A stretch of 64,000 nucleotides of DNA from a virus. Made by a program: the position numbers and the translations under genes. The stretch lies in IMG/VR virus record IMGVR_UViG_3300024358_000010; one strand, written 5' to 3'. This document shows, piece by piece, positions 37,777 through 47,383 of the stretch; position 1 is the stretch's first letter, and every line of letters begins with the position of its first letter. The notes under the pieces were generated by a model. It saw only the letters and a program-made list of their open reading frames with translations, ran no database searches and had not been told where the DNA came from.

Positions 37777-38826
37777 TCAATTGTCGAGGAGTGACTCTGC
37801 GAATGCGAAAATTTCGTCGTCAGATGACGGCTGCTTAACACTCTTCGCTGGCGCTGCGACTTTTTTAGTCTTGGCGACTGCAGGGACTTCCTGCTCATCA
37901 TCCTCATCGTCAAAGCGAATATTCAGGGGCTTCTTGACTGGCGCCTTATATTCTTCAACTTCCTCGTCTTCAACCCTTGCGGTCTTTACCGCTTTAACAG
38001 GCTTAGGCGCCTCAACTTCAACCTCGAAACCTTCGACTTGGAGCTCGGGGTATTGAGCGTAAAGGTTTGCAAGATTAGCCATGAGGACTTCTTTGAGTTC
38101 CTCATATGAATGAGGCTTGTAAAGAGTCGTAAGATCGTATCCCAGGCTGTCGTAGTTGTCTACGACGTTGGTTGGAAGAGGATCTCTATCGTCAACCCAG
38201 ACGATACCTTCAGATGTTTTCTTCTTGGTTTGGTTTTTAGCCACGGAATATTCGGTGTTCGTACCCTCGCCATCGCGACGGATTTTAAACCAGATACCAG
38301 CGTCATCTGGCTCAGAAGCTAGCGAGGTTGGATCTTGGCCGTAATCCGTAACGTACTGCATCATCTGCTTCTTCATTGCATCATGGGCAGTCTTTTTCAA
38401 CTCAAGCAGTCCTACTTCACCTGCTTTGTTGCAGGCGTTGTAGATGTACGTAGCTTTGGGTTTGATAGTCCAAAGAACATCCGCGTAAGGTTTTAGAGCC
38501 TCTTTCAGCTCATCGCGTGATGCGCCGCGGTTCTTGAGGGATGCCTCAAGCGCTTCCCTTTTCTTCTCGACCAGGGAGACATACTCAGAAACCGGACACG
38601 CAGAATCTGTCGCGAATGAGCGCGGAGATGCGTATGGGCGACGTCGGCCGGTCTGCGGATCTGCGAGCCAGGCGATAACCCAACGACGGTAAGCATAACC
38701 GTCTGAATTTTCACCAAAAGGTGGAAGAACGCGGTAGATATTTTCACCCTGGTTGATCGGGTGGCGTTTCCACTCTTTGCGCTCTTTAAGAGAATCGAGA
38801 TTGAGTCTTAGATTAGACTTTGCCAT
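37777..38826 (-). CDS. Single-stranded DNA-binding protein (gp32-like)
   Basis: GENIYRVLPP, CPVSE, GIWFKIRRDGEGTNTEY; acidic C-terminal tail. Confidence 0.7.
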   Translation of the reverse strand: MAKSNLRLNLDSLKERKEWKRHPINQGENIYRVLPPFGENSDGYAYRRWVIAWLADPQTGRRRPYASPRSFATDSACPVSEYVSLVEKKREALEASLKNRGASRDELKEALKPYADVLWTIKPKATYIYNACNKAGEVGLLELKKTAHDAMKKQMMQYVTDYGQDPTSLASEPDDAGIWFKIRRDGEGTNTEYSVAKNQTKKKTSEGIVWVDDRDPLPTNVVDNYDSLGYDLTTLYKPHSYEELKEVLMANLANLYAQYPELQVEGFEVEVEAPKPVKAVKTARVEDEEVEEYKAPVKKPLNIRFDDEDDEQEVPAVAKTKKVAAPAKSVKQPSSDDEIFAFAESLLDN

Positions 38827-38879
38827 AATTTACTCCTTTGCCTAAATAGGCGGTCAATACCCTATATTGGGTGTCGATA

Positions 38880-39641
38880 TTATACATCAGATGTTTTGAT
38901 GGGCTGAGAAGGCCTAGCTTGATGGCGGTTTTGATTTTTATGTTGATGCTTGTGGTTATGCTTAACGGATGCGGTCTGCTGCTGTGGTTTTGCTTCTGGC
39001 TCGGAGACGGGTGCGACTTCTACTGGTTCTGTTAAAGCAGCCAATTCTGCTAGAGTTTCTGAATTAGGCGACACGGGTTCTGCCTCAACTTCCGGCTCGG
39101 GCGCTGGTGTGGCTTTAACTTCTGGTTGAAGTGTGGTCTCTTTTACTTGAACTGGTTTAACTTCATGCTTGATTTCAATAGGGCGAGGCTCTCCTAGGTG
39201 ATCTGGAACCTCTTTAAGAGGTATCTCTCTAATGCCTAGTTTTTGAAAAACTGCAGCATCTTCTTGGGATCCAGAGAAATAAATAACCTTGGTTGTAAAC
39301 GGTCGTGATCTCAGAATCGACTCGTAATATCGCTGATAGATAGTCGGGTATCGAGCCTGAAACATCTCATGGACCGTCTGAGCTACATCTTCATCAGATT
39401 CGCAGATCCTGCCTGCAAAGTCATGAGGCACAACATTGCGATAGGGATTAAATAGTCGATCATATCGGCGACCGATCTCCTCTGCGATTGCTCGCAGATA
39501 ATTTGGTCCAATTGTTGCAGCGCCGCCTCGCCTGTGAGCGCAGGTTTTAACTTCATCGAGGAATGAAGGTCGCGACAACACCATCTCTTTATCAGAGAGG
39601 TTTTGAGGCGGATTTTGCGTTATTACAAATACGCTATCCAT
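38880..39641 (-). CDS. Hypothetical protein with low-complexity C-terminus
   Basis: 253 aa, AGGAG RBS. Confidence 0.6.
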   Translation of the reverse strand: MDSVFVITQNPPQNLSDKEMVLSRPSFLDEVKTCAHRRGGAATIGPNYLRAIAEEIGRRYDRLFNPYRNVVPHDFAGRICESDEDVAQTVHEMFQARYPTIYQRYYESILRSRPFTTKVIYFSGSQEDAAVFQKLGIREIPLKEVPDHLGEPRPIEIKHEVKPVQVKETTLQPEVKATPAPEPEVEAEPVSPNSETLAELAALTEPVEVAPVSEPEAKPQQQTASVKHNHKHQHKNQNRHQARPSQPIKTSDV

Positions 39642-39670
39642 CGTGTCTCCTTTTCTTTAAAACAAATATC

Positions 39671-42600
39671 TTATACCTTTGAAGATTTTTTATCAACTTT
39701 TACAAGGCGCTCAACCTCTAGAACCTCAATGGAGGGTGAACCTTTCCAACCTCTTTTTACATACCCCATGACGTAAACTAAGGAGTTGGTAGGATACCTG
39801 AGTGCTCGCTTTTGATCCCACTGTGCGCACTCTATTGTGGACAGACCGTCTGAAAGTACGATGTCTACTTTTGACCACGGTTTTCCCTTTTTAGAAATAC
39901 CGCTTCGGTGCGTAGACGACTGAAATAGTCCGACCATGGCAACCTTAATCTTGTCGTTGGACTCCGAGCGCTCCTGCGCGTCGATGAGTTTCGACGCGAC
40001 AGCAATAGAGGAAATCACTGGTATTGTCGGCGCAGAACCGAATGCAAGAGGAATATCCTTCCTGCGAGTTTCGCGCATAGACGGCCACGTGATCGATATC
40101 TCCTGCCTTATCAGCGGGTCTGCAAGCAATACTTTATTAAAACATTTATAGATATCTCGCTGGTTAAGAAACATATCTAACGGTGAATTCTGATTAACCT
40201 CGGGTGGAATAGTCTTTACCTTCTTTAATGTCTTGAAGAGTTTAATAAATCCCTGCCGCGCCTCTGGGGTCGAGATGTCGGTTGGAGCCATCTCATCAAA
40301 CACGCCGGCTTTAAGTAAAGCCCAGAAATGAGAAGAATTAACGCCAGTTGACATCTTTGATATAAAGTCTTCTACAGAAGAATAGGGGCCTCGTTTTATT
40401 ATCGCCTTAATGCTAGATGGGCCAAGACCTTTCACCGCTGAAAGTGGAGCAGCAATACGGTCACCGACGATAGTAAACTTATCATCCGGGGCATGGAGAG
40501 ACGGCGGTGTAATCTTATCGCCCAGGATGGTGACGTAATGGCGGATTTTGTTCTCTTCTGAATTGTTGAGTTCTGCGGCCCACCATTCAAGTGGATAATG
40601 ATGCTTTAGATACATGGTAATGTATCCAAGTTCAGAATAGGCTCGAGAGTGACTGCGGTTGAAAGAGTAATTAGAATAAGCAGTTACCACATCACACAGT
40701 TTGTTTGCCTGCTCAATAGTCCAACCTTTGCTCATGGTCTCTGACCTAATGCGATCAAATGTCTTAAGCATTACGTCGCGTTTCTTCTTAGCGATCGCAG
40801 ATCGTATTTGATCGGATTCTTCCAAAGAGTAACCGCAAAATTGAACTAAGATCGACATCAGCTGTTCTTGGTACACAACCACACCATTTGTCTCAGCCAG
40901 AACATCAGCTAGGTCAGGGTGGATATATTCTGGCTCCTTATCCCCATTCCTCACATCAATATAAAACTGAGTTGCAGAAACGCCCGGCGTAAACTCGACG
41001 TCTAGCGCACCTGGTCTGCAGAGCGCCGTGAGGTCAGACAAATCTTGGCGCCTAATTGGCGCAAACTTCTGAATATACCCCTTGATAAGGTCAGTGTTAA
41101 ATTGGAATGATGAGTCCGTTTTGCGCTTATAGAAGTCTTCATAGACTTTATTGTCTTCGGGAAGACGGTAAAGGAGCTGAACACCCTTATCGTCTTCCTC
41201 TAAGAGATCTATATCTCTGCGCGTCTTGATGAGAGACACGACGCTCTCTAGCGTCTTTACAGTTGTCAGTCCTAGCACGTCTGCTTTAACTAGACCAGAT
41301 TTTTCTACCATGGGTGCTTCAAACTGAGTAACCGCGACCTTGCCGATGTCTGGGTCATCAAAAAGCATTGTGGGCACGCGCTGACTAGAAAGGTCTAGGG
41401 TTGATATCACGAAGGCAGATGCGTGTCTACCCATACCCTTAGGTAGCCCAATGAGCTTCTTAGTGATTTGCTCGATCTCTGGGTACTGCTTAAAGAATAT
41501 CTGCAGTGTCTCATTTTGTTCCAAATGGCCTTTGTGGGTGACACCCTCAGAATCTGTATAGCCATATAGGAATTTGTCTTCATCCAACCCCTGCGGAGAA
41601 TCAGGTATTGTGTCGCACACATCCATGATCTCTTTGTCAGCGCGATTGCGACCAAACACAGCAAACATGGCGTCTTTGATAGCATTCTTGGTTTTAAACC
41701 GCTGAAAGGTTCCAATCTGCGCGAAACCGGCTTTATATTTATCTGCCAAATACTTAAGAACTGGACCGCGCTGCCCAAGGTCAAGGTCTATATCTGGAAA
41801 TGATCCAGCATTGATACGAGCGTGGCTAAGAAAGCGCTCGAATGGTAGGTGCTCTTTGATTGGATCAATGTGGATGATCTTTAGGTAGTAGGAGATTAGG
41901 CAGCCGCCAGCAGATCCACGAGCAAGGTTCTGCAGGATGCCTTGAGATCTAGCGTACGCGCAAATATCCTCGTACATCAAGAAGTACGGGATAAAATTGA
42001 GCTTGGAATTCTTCCAGATTACGTCTAATTCTTTCTTAAAGCGGGCTACATATTCCGGATCATTTGACCACCTGCCGTACTCTTTGATTTTAGCCATCAG
42101 TAACAAATACAGCTGCTTGTCGTAGTCAGAAGTATTTTCAACAATAGAATCCGGTATTTGGATTTTTGGCAAATGGTAGTCGTGCTTTACCACTACGGCG
42201 GTCGATGCTTCAACCATGTCTTCTGCGGTTGCTCGGGCGATATCAATGTGGTCTACGGAAAACCTGTCACCAAGATGTCTCTTGAGGATCGCAAAACACT
42301 CATTGAGTGATCTTTGGTACCGTGTGTCGTAGAAGAACCGCTTATCTTTAAATGATGATTTGGAGACGACATCCTGAAAGACTTTGTCGTCGGGGTCTAT
42401 AAAGTGCGCTGCTGTCGAAATTATGAATTTGCAGCCGTAAGAATCAACTGCATCCATAATCAAGGAGTTGATTGCTTTGGTTAGGTTTCCGTCTGGGATG
42501 GATTTGCTTTTTTGAAAGTTCCTAAAGCCAATGCCTTTGTCGAAGTACTTAACGACGTCGAAAGGCAGTAATTCCAATACGACTCTATCAAGGTGTCCGA

Positions 42601-43714
42601 TAATCTTAGCGAGCTTTGAAGCTTCAACTTTCTTGTCGTTCGCACAAAGAAGTAGAGTGCCAACCAGCCCTTTTTCGCATCCTGTGCCAAACACTACCCC
42701 TTCCTGGTGATCAATGACGTCTTCAATTTTGATTATTGACGTGGTCACGCCCGAATCATCAATCGCCGAATCCCAGCCCATTGACGCCAGTTTAAGTAAA
42801 CTGCGATAACCGGTGTTAGATATTGCCCAAGCATTCAACCTAAATGGTTGCTCTAAACCATTAGTGGGGTCTATGACATTTAGACTTATGGCAGGAACGA
42901 TCTTTATGTCATTTTCAGTAAGCGAAAGTTTATGCGCCTTATTAACTTTCTCTAATACTGATTTAATATTGGTCGCTTTATATAGCGAAGCTGCCCAGTT
43001 GTGGTCTGGAAAAGCAACGGCCTTTACTCCTTTAGATGCGGCCCAGTAAACCCATTCCTCAACTGAGGTTACAGAATCGGTATTGCTGTATTCAGAATGA
43101 ATATGAAGCTGAGGCAGCTCAGGCAGCTGGAGATCAAACCTATCGTCTTTTATAGACACTTCTTCAAAGTCTTCGCCAATTATGGCGGAAAGCCGCCGAT
43201 CGACTTCTATTGTCGCCTGGATATCGCTTAAAGCGTCGTGGGCCTTGATCTCAATACCAAATTCTTCAGCAAGGTTGACCAGCTTCAATTTATTAGATTG
43301 AAGTTTGTCCTTGACAGCTTTTGCGCGGGCGTGGACATCGCGGACTTCATTTAAGAACAGTCGCGAATACTCTTTTGATCTCCCGTTGCGGGCAAAAAGT
43401 GCACCTATGAAAGCTTTATCGAAGTTAGAGTTGTAACCGGCGATGACGAACTTTACGCCGAACTGGCTAACGTAGGCAATAAACTTATCCAGCATCTCGT
43501 GCGGAGATTGAAACGTCTTCATCTGATCGATGGCGATACCGTGAATCTCGATAGACTTTTGATCGATAGAGTTCCAGTTCGTCGGCTGGCAGAACTCATT
43601 AAAATGAGGGCCAGGTTTACCGTCAATCAGCGGCACGCAAGCCAACTGAATAATTTCATTAGTCGACGAACTAAGACCTGTTGTCTCGGTGTCTAGATAG
43701 AGATATGCTTTCAT
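39671..43714 (-). CDS. dnaE: DNA polymerase III alpha (family C) with N-terminal DEDDh 3'-5' exonuclease
   Basis: LDTETTG / YNSNFD / HDALSD exonuclease motifs; PHP HIHSEYS; RGSAGG, FPDIDLD, GRHAS, YSFNRSHSRAY. Confidence 0.92.
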   Translation of the reverse strand: MKAYLYLDTETTGLSSSTNEIIQLACVPLIDGKPGPHFNEFCQPTNWNSIDQKSIEIHGIAIDQMKTFQSPHEMLDKFIAYVSQFGVKFVIAGYNSNFDKAFIGALFARNGRSKEYSRLFLNEVRDVHARAKAVKDKLQSNKLKLVNLAEEFGIEIKAHDALSDIQATIEVDRRLSAIIGEDFEEVSIKDDRFDLQLPELPQLHIHSEYSNTDSVTSVEEWVYWAASKGVKAVAFPDHNWAASLYKATNIKSVLEKVNKAHKLSLTENDIKIVPAISLNVIDPTNGLEQPFRLNAWAISNTGYRSLLKLASMGWDSAIDDSGVTTSIIKIEDVIDHQEGVVFGTGCEKGLVGTLLLCANDKKVEASKLAKIIGHLDRVVLELLPFDVVKYFDKGIGFRNFQKSKSIPDGNLTKAINSLIMDAVDSYGCKFIISTAAHFIDPDDKVFQDVVSKSSFKDKRFFYDTRYQRSLNECFAILKRHLGDRFSVDHIDIARATAEDMVEASTAVVVKHDYHLPKIQIPDSIVENTSDYDKQLYLLLMAKIKEYGRWSNDPEYVARFKKELDVIWKNSKLNFIPYFLMYEDICAYARSQGILQNLARGSAGGCLISYYLKIIHIDPIKEHLPFERFLSHARINAGSFPDIDLDLGQRGPVLKYLADKYKAGFAQIGTFQRFKTKNAIKDAMFAVFGRNRADKEIMDVCDTIPDSPQGLDEDKFLYGYTDSEGVTHKGHLEQNETLQIFFKQYPEIEQITKKLIGLPKGMGRHASAFVISTLDLSSQRVPTMLFDDPDIGKVAVTQFEAPMVEKSGLVKADVLGLTTVKTLESVVSLIKTRRDIDLLEEDDKGVQLLYRLPEDNKVYEDFYKRKTDSSFQFNTDLIKGYIQKFAPIRRQDLSDLTALCRPGALDVEFTPGVSATQFYIDVRNGDKEPEYIHPDLADVLAETNGVVVYQEQLMSILVQFCGYSLEESDQIRSAIAKKKRDVMLKTFDRIRSETMSKGWTIEQANKLCDVVTAYSNYSFNRSHSRAYSELGYITMYLKHHYPLEWWAAELNNSEENKIRHYVTILGDKITPPSLHAPDDKFTIVGDRIAAPLSAVKGLGPSSIKAIIKRGPYSSVEDFISKMSTGVNSSHFWALLKAGVFDEMAPTDISTPEARQGFIKLFKTLKKVKTIPPEVNQNSPLDMFLNQRDIYKCFNKVLLADPLIRQEISITWPSMRETRRKDIPLAFGSAPTIPVISSIAVASKLIDAQERSESNDKIKVAMVGLFQSSTHRSGISKKGKPWSKVDIVLSDGLSTIECAQWDQKRALRYPTNSLVYVMGYVKRGWKGSPSIEVLEVERLVKVDKKSSKV

Positions 43715-43779
43715 CCAGCCCTCATGTATCTGATTGCCAGATTATACAAATATTTATTATATCAATAGCGTAGAAGCTA

Positions 43780-45396
43780 TTACAGCTTCCATTTGCCGTC
43801 AATACAATTAATAAGCTGGCGAGCGCCGCCGGGATATATCAGACAGGACGAGTGGAGCCAAGACGATGCGCCGCGGTTATATTCTAGTTTAAGAAGTGAC
43901 GACGTACCTACGCACCACGCACCTCTAAGGATCTGAGGTGTATGGGAGTGACCCGATACAGAATTGCCATACGCGGTTTCCATGGCCTCCAGACTCCCCC
44001 TGGAACCGTTAGCACCTAGATGACCATGGGCTCCGCATTGTATACCCTCGACGCGGTAATCGTCGTCGATTGAGAGCCACTTAACCTTATCGATTACTTT
44101 TTTGTCATCTTTCAGGCACAAAGAGTTAACCGCGTACTTAAGCGGATCCTTCTTATCTAGAAGTTGAAGCGCTAGAACAAGAGATATCCTGTGGTTCTGC
44201 GGATCGTCGACGTATTTGCCTTCTTGCAAATATCGCTCAAGAAATTGATCGTGGTTAGATTTAACGATCACAACCTCATCCGTGAGAGACGTAAGGTCCT
44301 TAACATCCTTTGCAAGGATATTGAGCTCTGATGAGAGGCACAGTTGACCATTCTCAGCTCTTTGAGCCTTTAACAGTTTCGCGTGCTTTTCGTGGTGGTT
44401 GATAGAAATGCCGTCAAAAGCATCGTGAAGAAGTATTCTCTTAGGTTTGGTTAGCTTGGCGATATCTTCCCAGGCTTTACGCGCCAAAGGATCGGTAGAT
44501 CCTGCATGCCAGTCTCCAAGTACGAAAGCTTCTGGCCTTACAGCTTGTTTTGAACTTGGCATATATTTGATGCCGAGATCATAAAAGCATCCTTTAGAAT
44601 CAGCCTGTACCTGACGGAAATGGTATTGCTTATCGTCGACGATCTCAACTATCACGGCGCCGAGCACGTGATCGTTCTTTGCGATATACGCAGTACGCTG
44701 CGACATGTAAAGGTCTGTATCGTAGTTGTTCACAGTAATCGCGCCCGTGGTCATCATAAAATGCGGCAATGAACTATTCGACACGGGTACCGCCTTCAAT
44801 CTTTGCTTCGGCGAAGCGTATATGAAGGTGCCATTTCTTTGGCCAATGCGACCAAGACCGGTTGTCGGGTCGATGTGTTTTGCGGAAAGCTTGATAGTGG
44901 AAATAAAAACGTTTGAATTTAGGCTGGTGTCTTCGAGAACAATAGCCTCATTTTGAAGTCTGGCGGATATCGTTCCCCACTGCTTGTCGCGATTATGCGC
45001 AGGATCTGAAGCAATTAGGATCAAAAGTTGGGCATCGTTCTCTTTGCAAAAATTCTTAATTGAAGCGTAGAATTTATCGTGAACTTCGCAACCGTTCACC
45101 GCGGTAGTGATAACAAACCTTTTAGAAGATGAGATATCTGATCTCAGCTTTTTAAGAGCTGTCTGCGAATAAAGATTCTCTACGGCAACGTCAAAAAAGC
45201 TATTTGCGTGCGACTCGCGCGCGCTTTTTTCTAGGGCGGCTAAAGACCCAAAGTGATGCGCAACCATGTCTTTGGTTATGCCTAGACTCTTTAGATCTTC
45301 CATGCGTATTTCGCGCTTAAGCTTTTTGGCTAGAGCGGCAAAAGATTTGATGATGGAGACTTTTTTGTCCGTTTTGTTTACTTGCTTTTTTTGCAT
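43780..45396 (-). CDS. Large-phage calcineurin-like metallophosphoesterase
   Basis: LGDWH, LHDAFDG, SNHD, HGH, GHSH. Confidence 0.7.
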   Translation of the reverse strand: MQKKQVNKTDKKVSIIKSFAALAKKLKREIRMEDLKSLGITKDMVAHHFGSLAALEKSARESHANSFFDVAVENLYSQTALKKLRSDISSSKRFVITTAVNGCEVHDKFYASIKNFCKENDAQLLILIASDPAHNRDKQWGTISARLQNEAIVLEDTSLNSNVFISTIKLSAKHIDPTTGLGRIGQRNGTFIYASPKQRLKAVPVSNSSLPHFMMTTGAITVNNYDTDLYMSQRTAYIAKNDHVLGAVIVEIVDDKQYHFRQVQADSKGCFYDLGIKYMPSSKQAVRPEAFVLGDWHAGSTDPLARKAWEDIAKLTKPKRILLHDAFDGISINHHEKHAKLLKAQRAENGQLCLSSELNILAKDVKDLTSLTDEVVIVKSNHDQFLERYLQEGKYVDDPQNHRISLVLALQLLDKKDPLKYAVNSLCLKDDKKVIDKVKWLSIDDDYRVEGIQCGAHGHLGANGSRGSLEAMETAYGNSVSGHSHTPQILRGAWCVGTSSLLKLEYNRGASSWLHSSCLIYPGGARQLINCIDGKWKL

Positions 45397-45719
45397 TGAC
45401 AAACCTTAACTGGCTCAGTCTTTTCTTCCTGAATCAACATATATAGTAACGCGAGGTAGTTCCTAGCATCAGCTATTCGGCTTTCTATGGACTCGTTTGA
45501 GAACTCTTGACCGTTCTTTATGTATGAAGCTATAGATGACATATGCTTTGATAAGTACACCCATAGTTTTTGCTTAGGGCTTAAGCCGATGCAATCGGCA
45601 TCCTTAAAATTAGCGAGGCAATCCTTATCGCCGGCATATTCTTTGCCCTTGCTCAGTAGCAGCTCTCTTTCTGCTTCTATCATCTTCTCGAAGAGATCTT
45701 TCTGTTCTGACCAAAGCAT
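45378..45719 (-). CDS. Nucleotide-modification-associated helical protein (DUF1599/Nmad1-like)
   Basis: KGKEYA...LANF...KH...ESIESRIADARNYLAL. Confidence 0.55.
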   Translation of the reverse strand: MLWSEQKDLFEKMIEAERELLLSKGKEYAGDKDCLANFKDADCIGLSPKQKLWVYLSKHMSSIASYIKNGQEFSNESIESRIADARNYLALLYMLIQEEKTEPVKVCQCKKSK

Positions 45720-45769
45720 AAATCCCCCGTATGTACGGGGGATTTTACACAAATCTTCTGTTTTTATCG

Positions 45770-46372
45770 TTAGCTATAAGTAAAAGAGAAGTTAAATGTC
45801 ACTTTTGTAGTAGTCGTATCCGAAGTATCTAGCGCCAGATTAACTTCATAGGTATTAAAGATGCCTTCTTGATCTAGGGCGTAATAAATACCGGCAAAAT
45901 AAGCGTTAAGATAGTTACCCTTAAGGCGCAAATACGTTGGATTGTCGGTCGTAATGATTGACACCGAAAAGACAGATTTACCAGCCGCTGCGGCAGCCTG
46001 CAATCCTTGCAGGAGAGTTGTGTATGACCCTGGTCGCGGGCTAGAGTAACGCAGTGATTTGGCCGTAGCTGCCTGCGATGGGGCTACAGTGGTATCAAAC
46101 GTAGATCCTGGCGTAACAGGGGTTTCAACTGTAAGTTCAACTTCTTCGCCGCTGTCTAGGTAGCGGACTGTGTATCCCGCCAAAATAGGCGCGTTAGAAC
46201 CTGAGTTCGCGATGGTGAACATCGGGCTAGTAGTGGCGACATCGACGGCGTCTTCTAGAACTACATTATCATATTGCGGCAGGATGAATCTGCGACCCAG
46301 ATCGAATGCGTCTGCTAGCTTTTTATTGAGCCCGTTGGCGCCATCAAGATACAGTGTTTTTAAAGTGGTCAT
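45770..46372 (-). CDS. Hypothetical protein
   Basis: 200-aa Thr/Ala-rich ORF, possibly structural. Confidence 0.6.
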   Translation of the reverse strand: MTTLKTLYLDGANGLNKKLADAFDLGRRFILPQYDNVVLEDAVDVATTSPMFTIANSGSNAPILAGYTVRYLDSGEEVELTVETPVTPGSTFDTTVAPSQAATAKSLRYSSPRPGSYTTLLQGLQAAAAAGKSVFSVSIITTDNPTYLRLKGNYLNAYFAGIYYALDQEGIFNTYEVNLALDTSDTTTTKVTFNFSFTYS

Positions 46373-46389
46373 GTTTTATCTCAGCAATA

Positions 46390-46701
46390 TTATTGGTTTA
46401 GACCTGACGTGGGATTGACTTCTCCATCTTCAATCTCTTGAATTTTGCCAAGCAAGAAGTCGATCTTGGCGCGCTCTAGCTTTACGACGGAAGAGTAACC
46501 ACTTTTAAGATCTTTAACGATCTGTTGAGCAGCGATAAGCTTCTCATCATTTGCCTGCTCTTCTTTTAGAGCCTTGATCTTTTGCTCAGACTTTGCGATC
46601 AGATGCTCTGCTTCGTCTTGAGAAATGGACGCGTGGTTCTCCACGAAAGCTTTTGAAAGAATGCTGCTTGCTTTGCCGTAGTTGATCTTGCCCTTAGCCA
46701 T
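46390..46701 (-). CDS. Hypothetical coiled-coil protein
   Basis: 103 aa, AGGAG RBS. Confidence 0.6.
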   Translation of the reverse strand: MAKGKINYGKASSILSKAFVENHASISQDEAEHLIAKSEQKIKALKEEQANDEKLIAAQQIVKDLKSGYSSVVKLERAKIDFLLGKIQEIEDGEVNPTSGLNQ

Positions 46702-46737
46702 GGTAGACTCCTTTTATTTGATCGTGTGTTATTTTAC

Positions 46738-47373
46738 TCAATCATATAAAAATTGCTTTTTATTGACCTTTTTAAAAGTCACGTCTGGCGGTACTGAAAC
46801 CGTGCATTTAAATGTTTTACAATTAAATCTAAGATACGAAGCGTACATCGCTTGCGCAACAGCGTCCACAACGTCAAAGCGAAAGTGTATGGGTTTGCCG
46901 GTGTTTTCTGAGATGCTGTGATTAGGGAACCGCACGCCAAAACGTTCCCAGAGGGCTTGAACGATCATGAGCTTTTTAGCTGGACCAGATCCCCACTTTT
47001 GTTTTTGCAATTTAGTCGGGGTCGATCTGCCAGCGGCAAAAACCTTCCAGTTAGAGATATTCAAAACCTCATAGTGCAGATTTTGCTCTCTGGCCCACAT
47101 ATGGATAACGGTTCGGTACGCAGGATTGACATTAGAACCTGATGCAAATCTAGACCCGAAGAAGTAGTCTTCGACGGCGATCTCATCAGCCTGAACGCGA
47201 TTCTGAAGCTCTGAGATGCGCCTCTTGAGATCGAGACACCAATCCCCTATGTATTGAGATGAAGTGTCGACGTCGATGAAACCGTATTCCACGATTTCAC
47301 AGCAATCGCCTACAATGCGAGCTACCGCGTACCCGGAAGAGCCTCCGGGATCTAGAGCAAGAATAGTTTTCAA
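46738..47373 (-). CDS. ruvC: RuvC-like Holliday junction resolvase
   Basis: ILALDPG, IAVEDY, NWKVFAAG, DVVDAVAQA. Confidence 0.75.
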   Translation of the reverse strand: MKTILALDPGGSSGYAVARIVGDCCEIVEYGFIDVDTSSQYIGDWCLDLKRRISELQNRVQADEIAVEDYFFGSRFASGSNVNPAYRTVIHMWAREQNLHYEVLNISNWKVFAAGRSTPTKLQKQKWGSGPAKKLMIVQALWERFGVRFPNHSISENTGKPIHFRFDVVDAVAQAMYASYLRFNCKTFKCTVSVPPDVTFKKVNKKQFLYD

Positions 47374-47383
47374 AGTGGCCTCG

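Noticed and set aside
39671-43714. Intein in DnaE, RecA or helicases
   Set aside because: No C1/TxxH/HN-C signatures; the extra length of DnaE is explained by the exonuclease domain.
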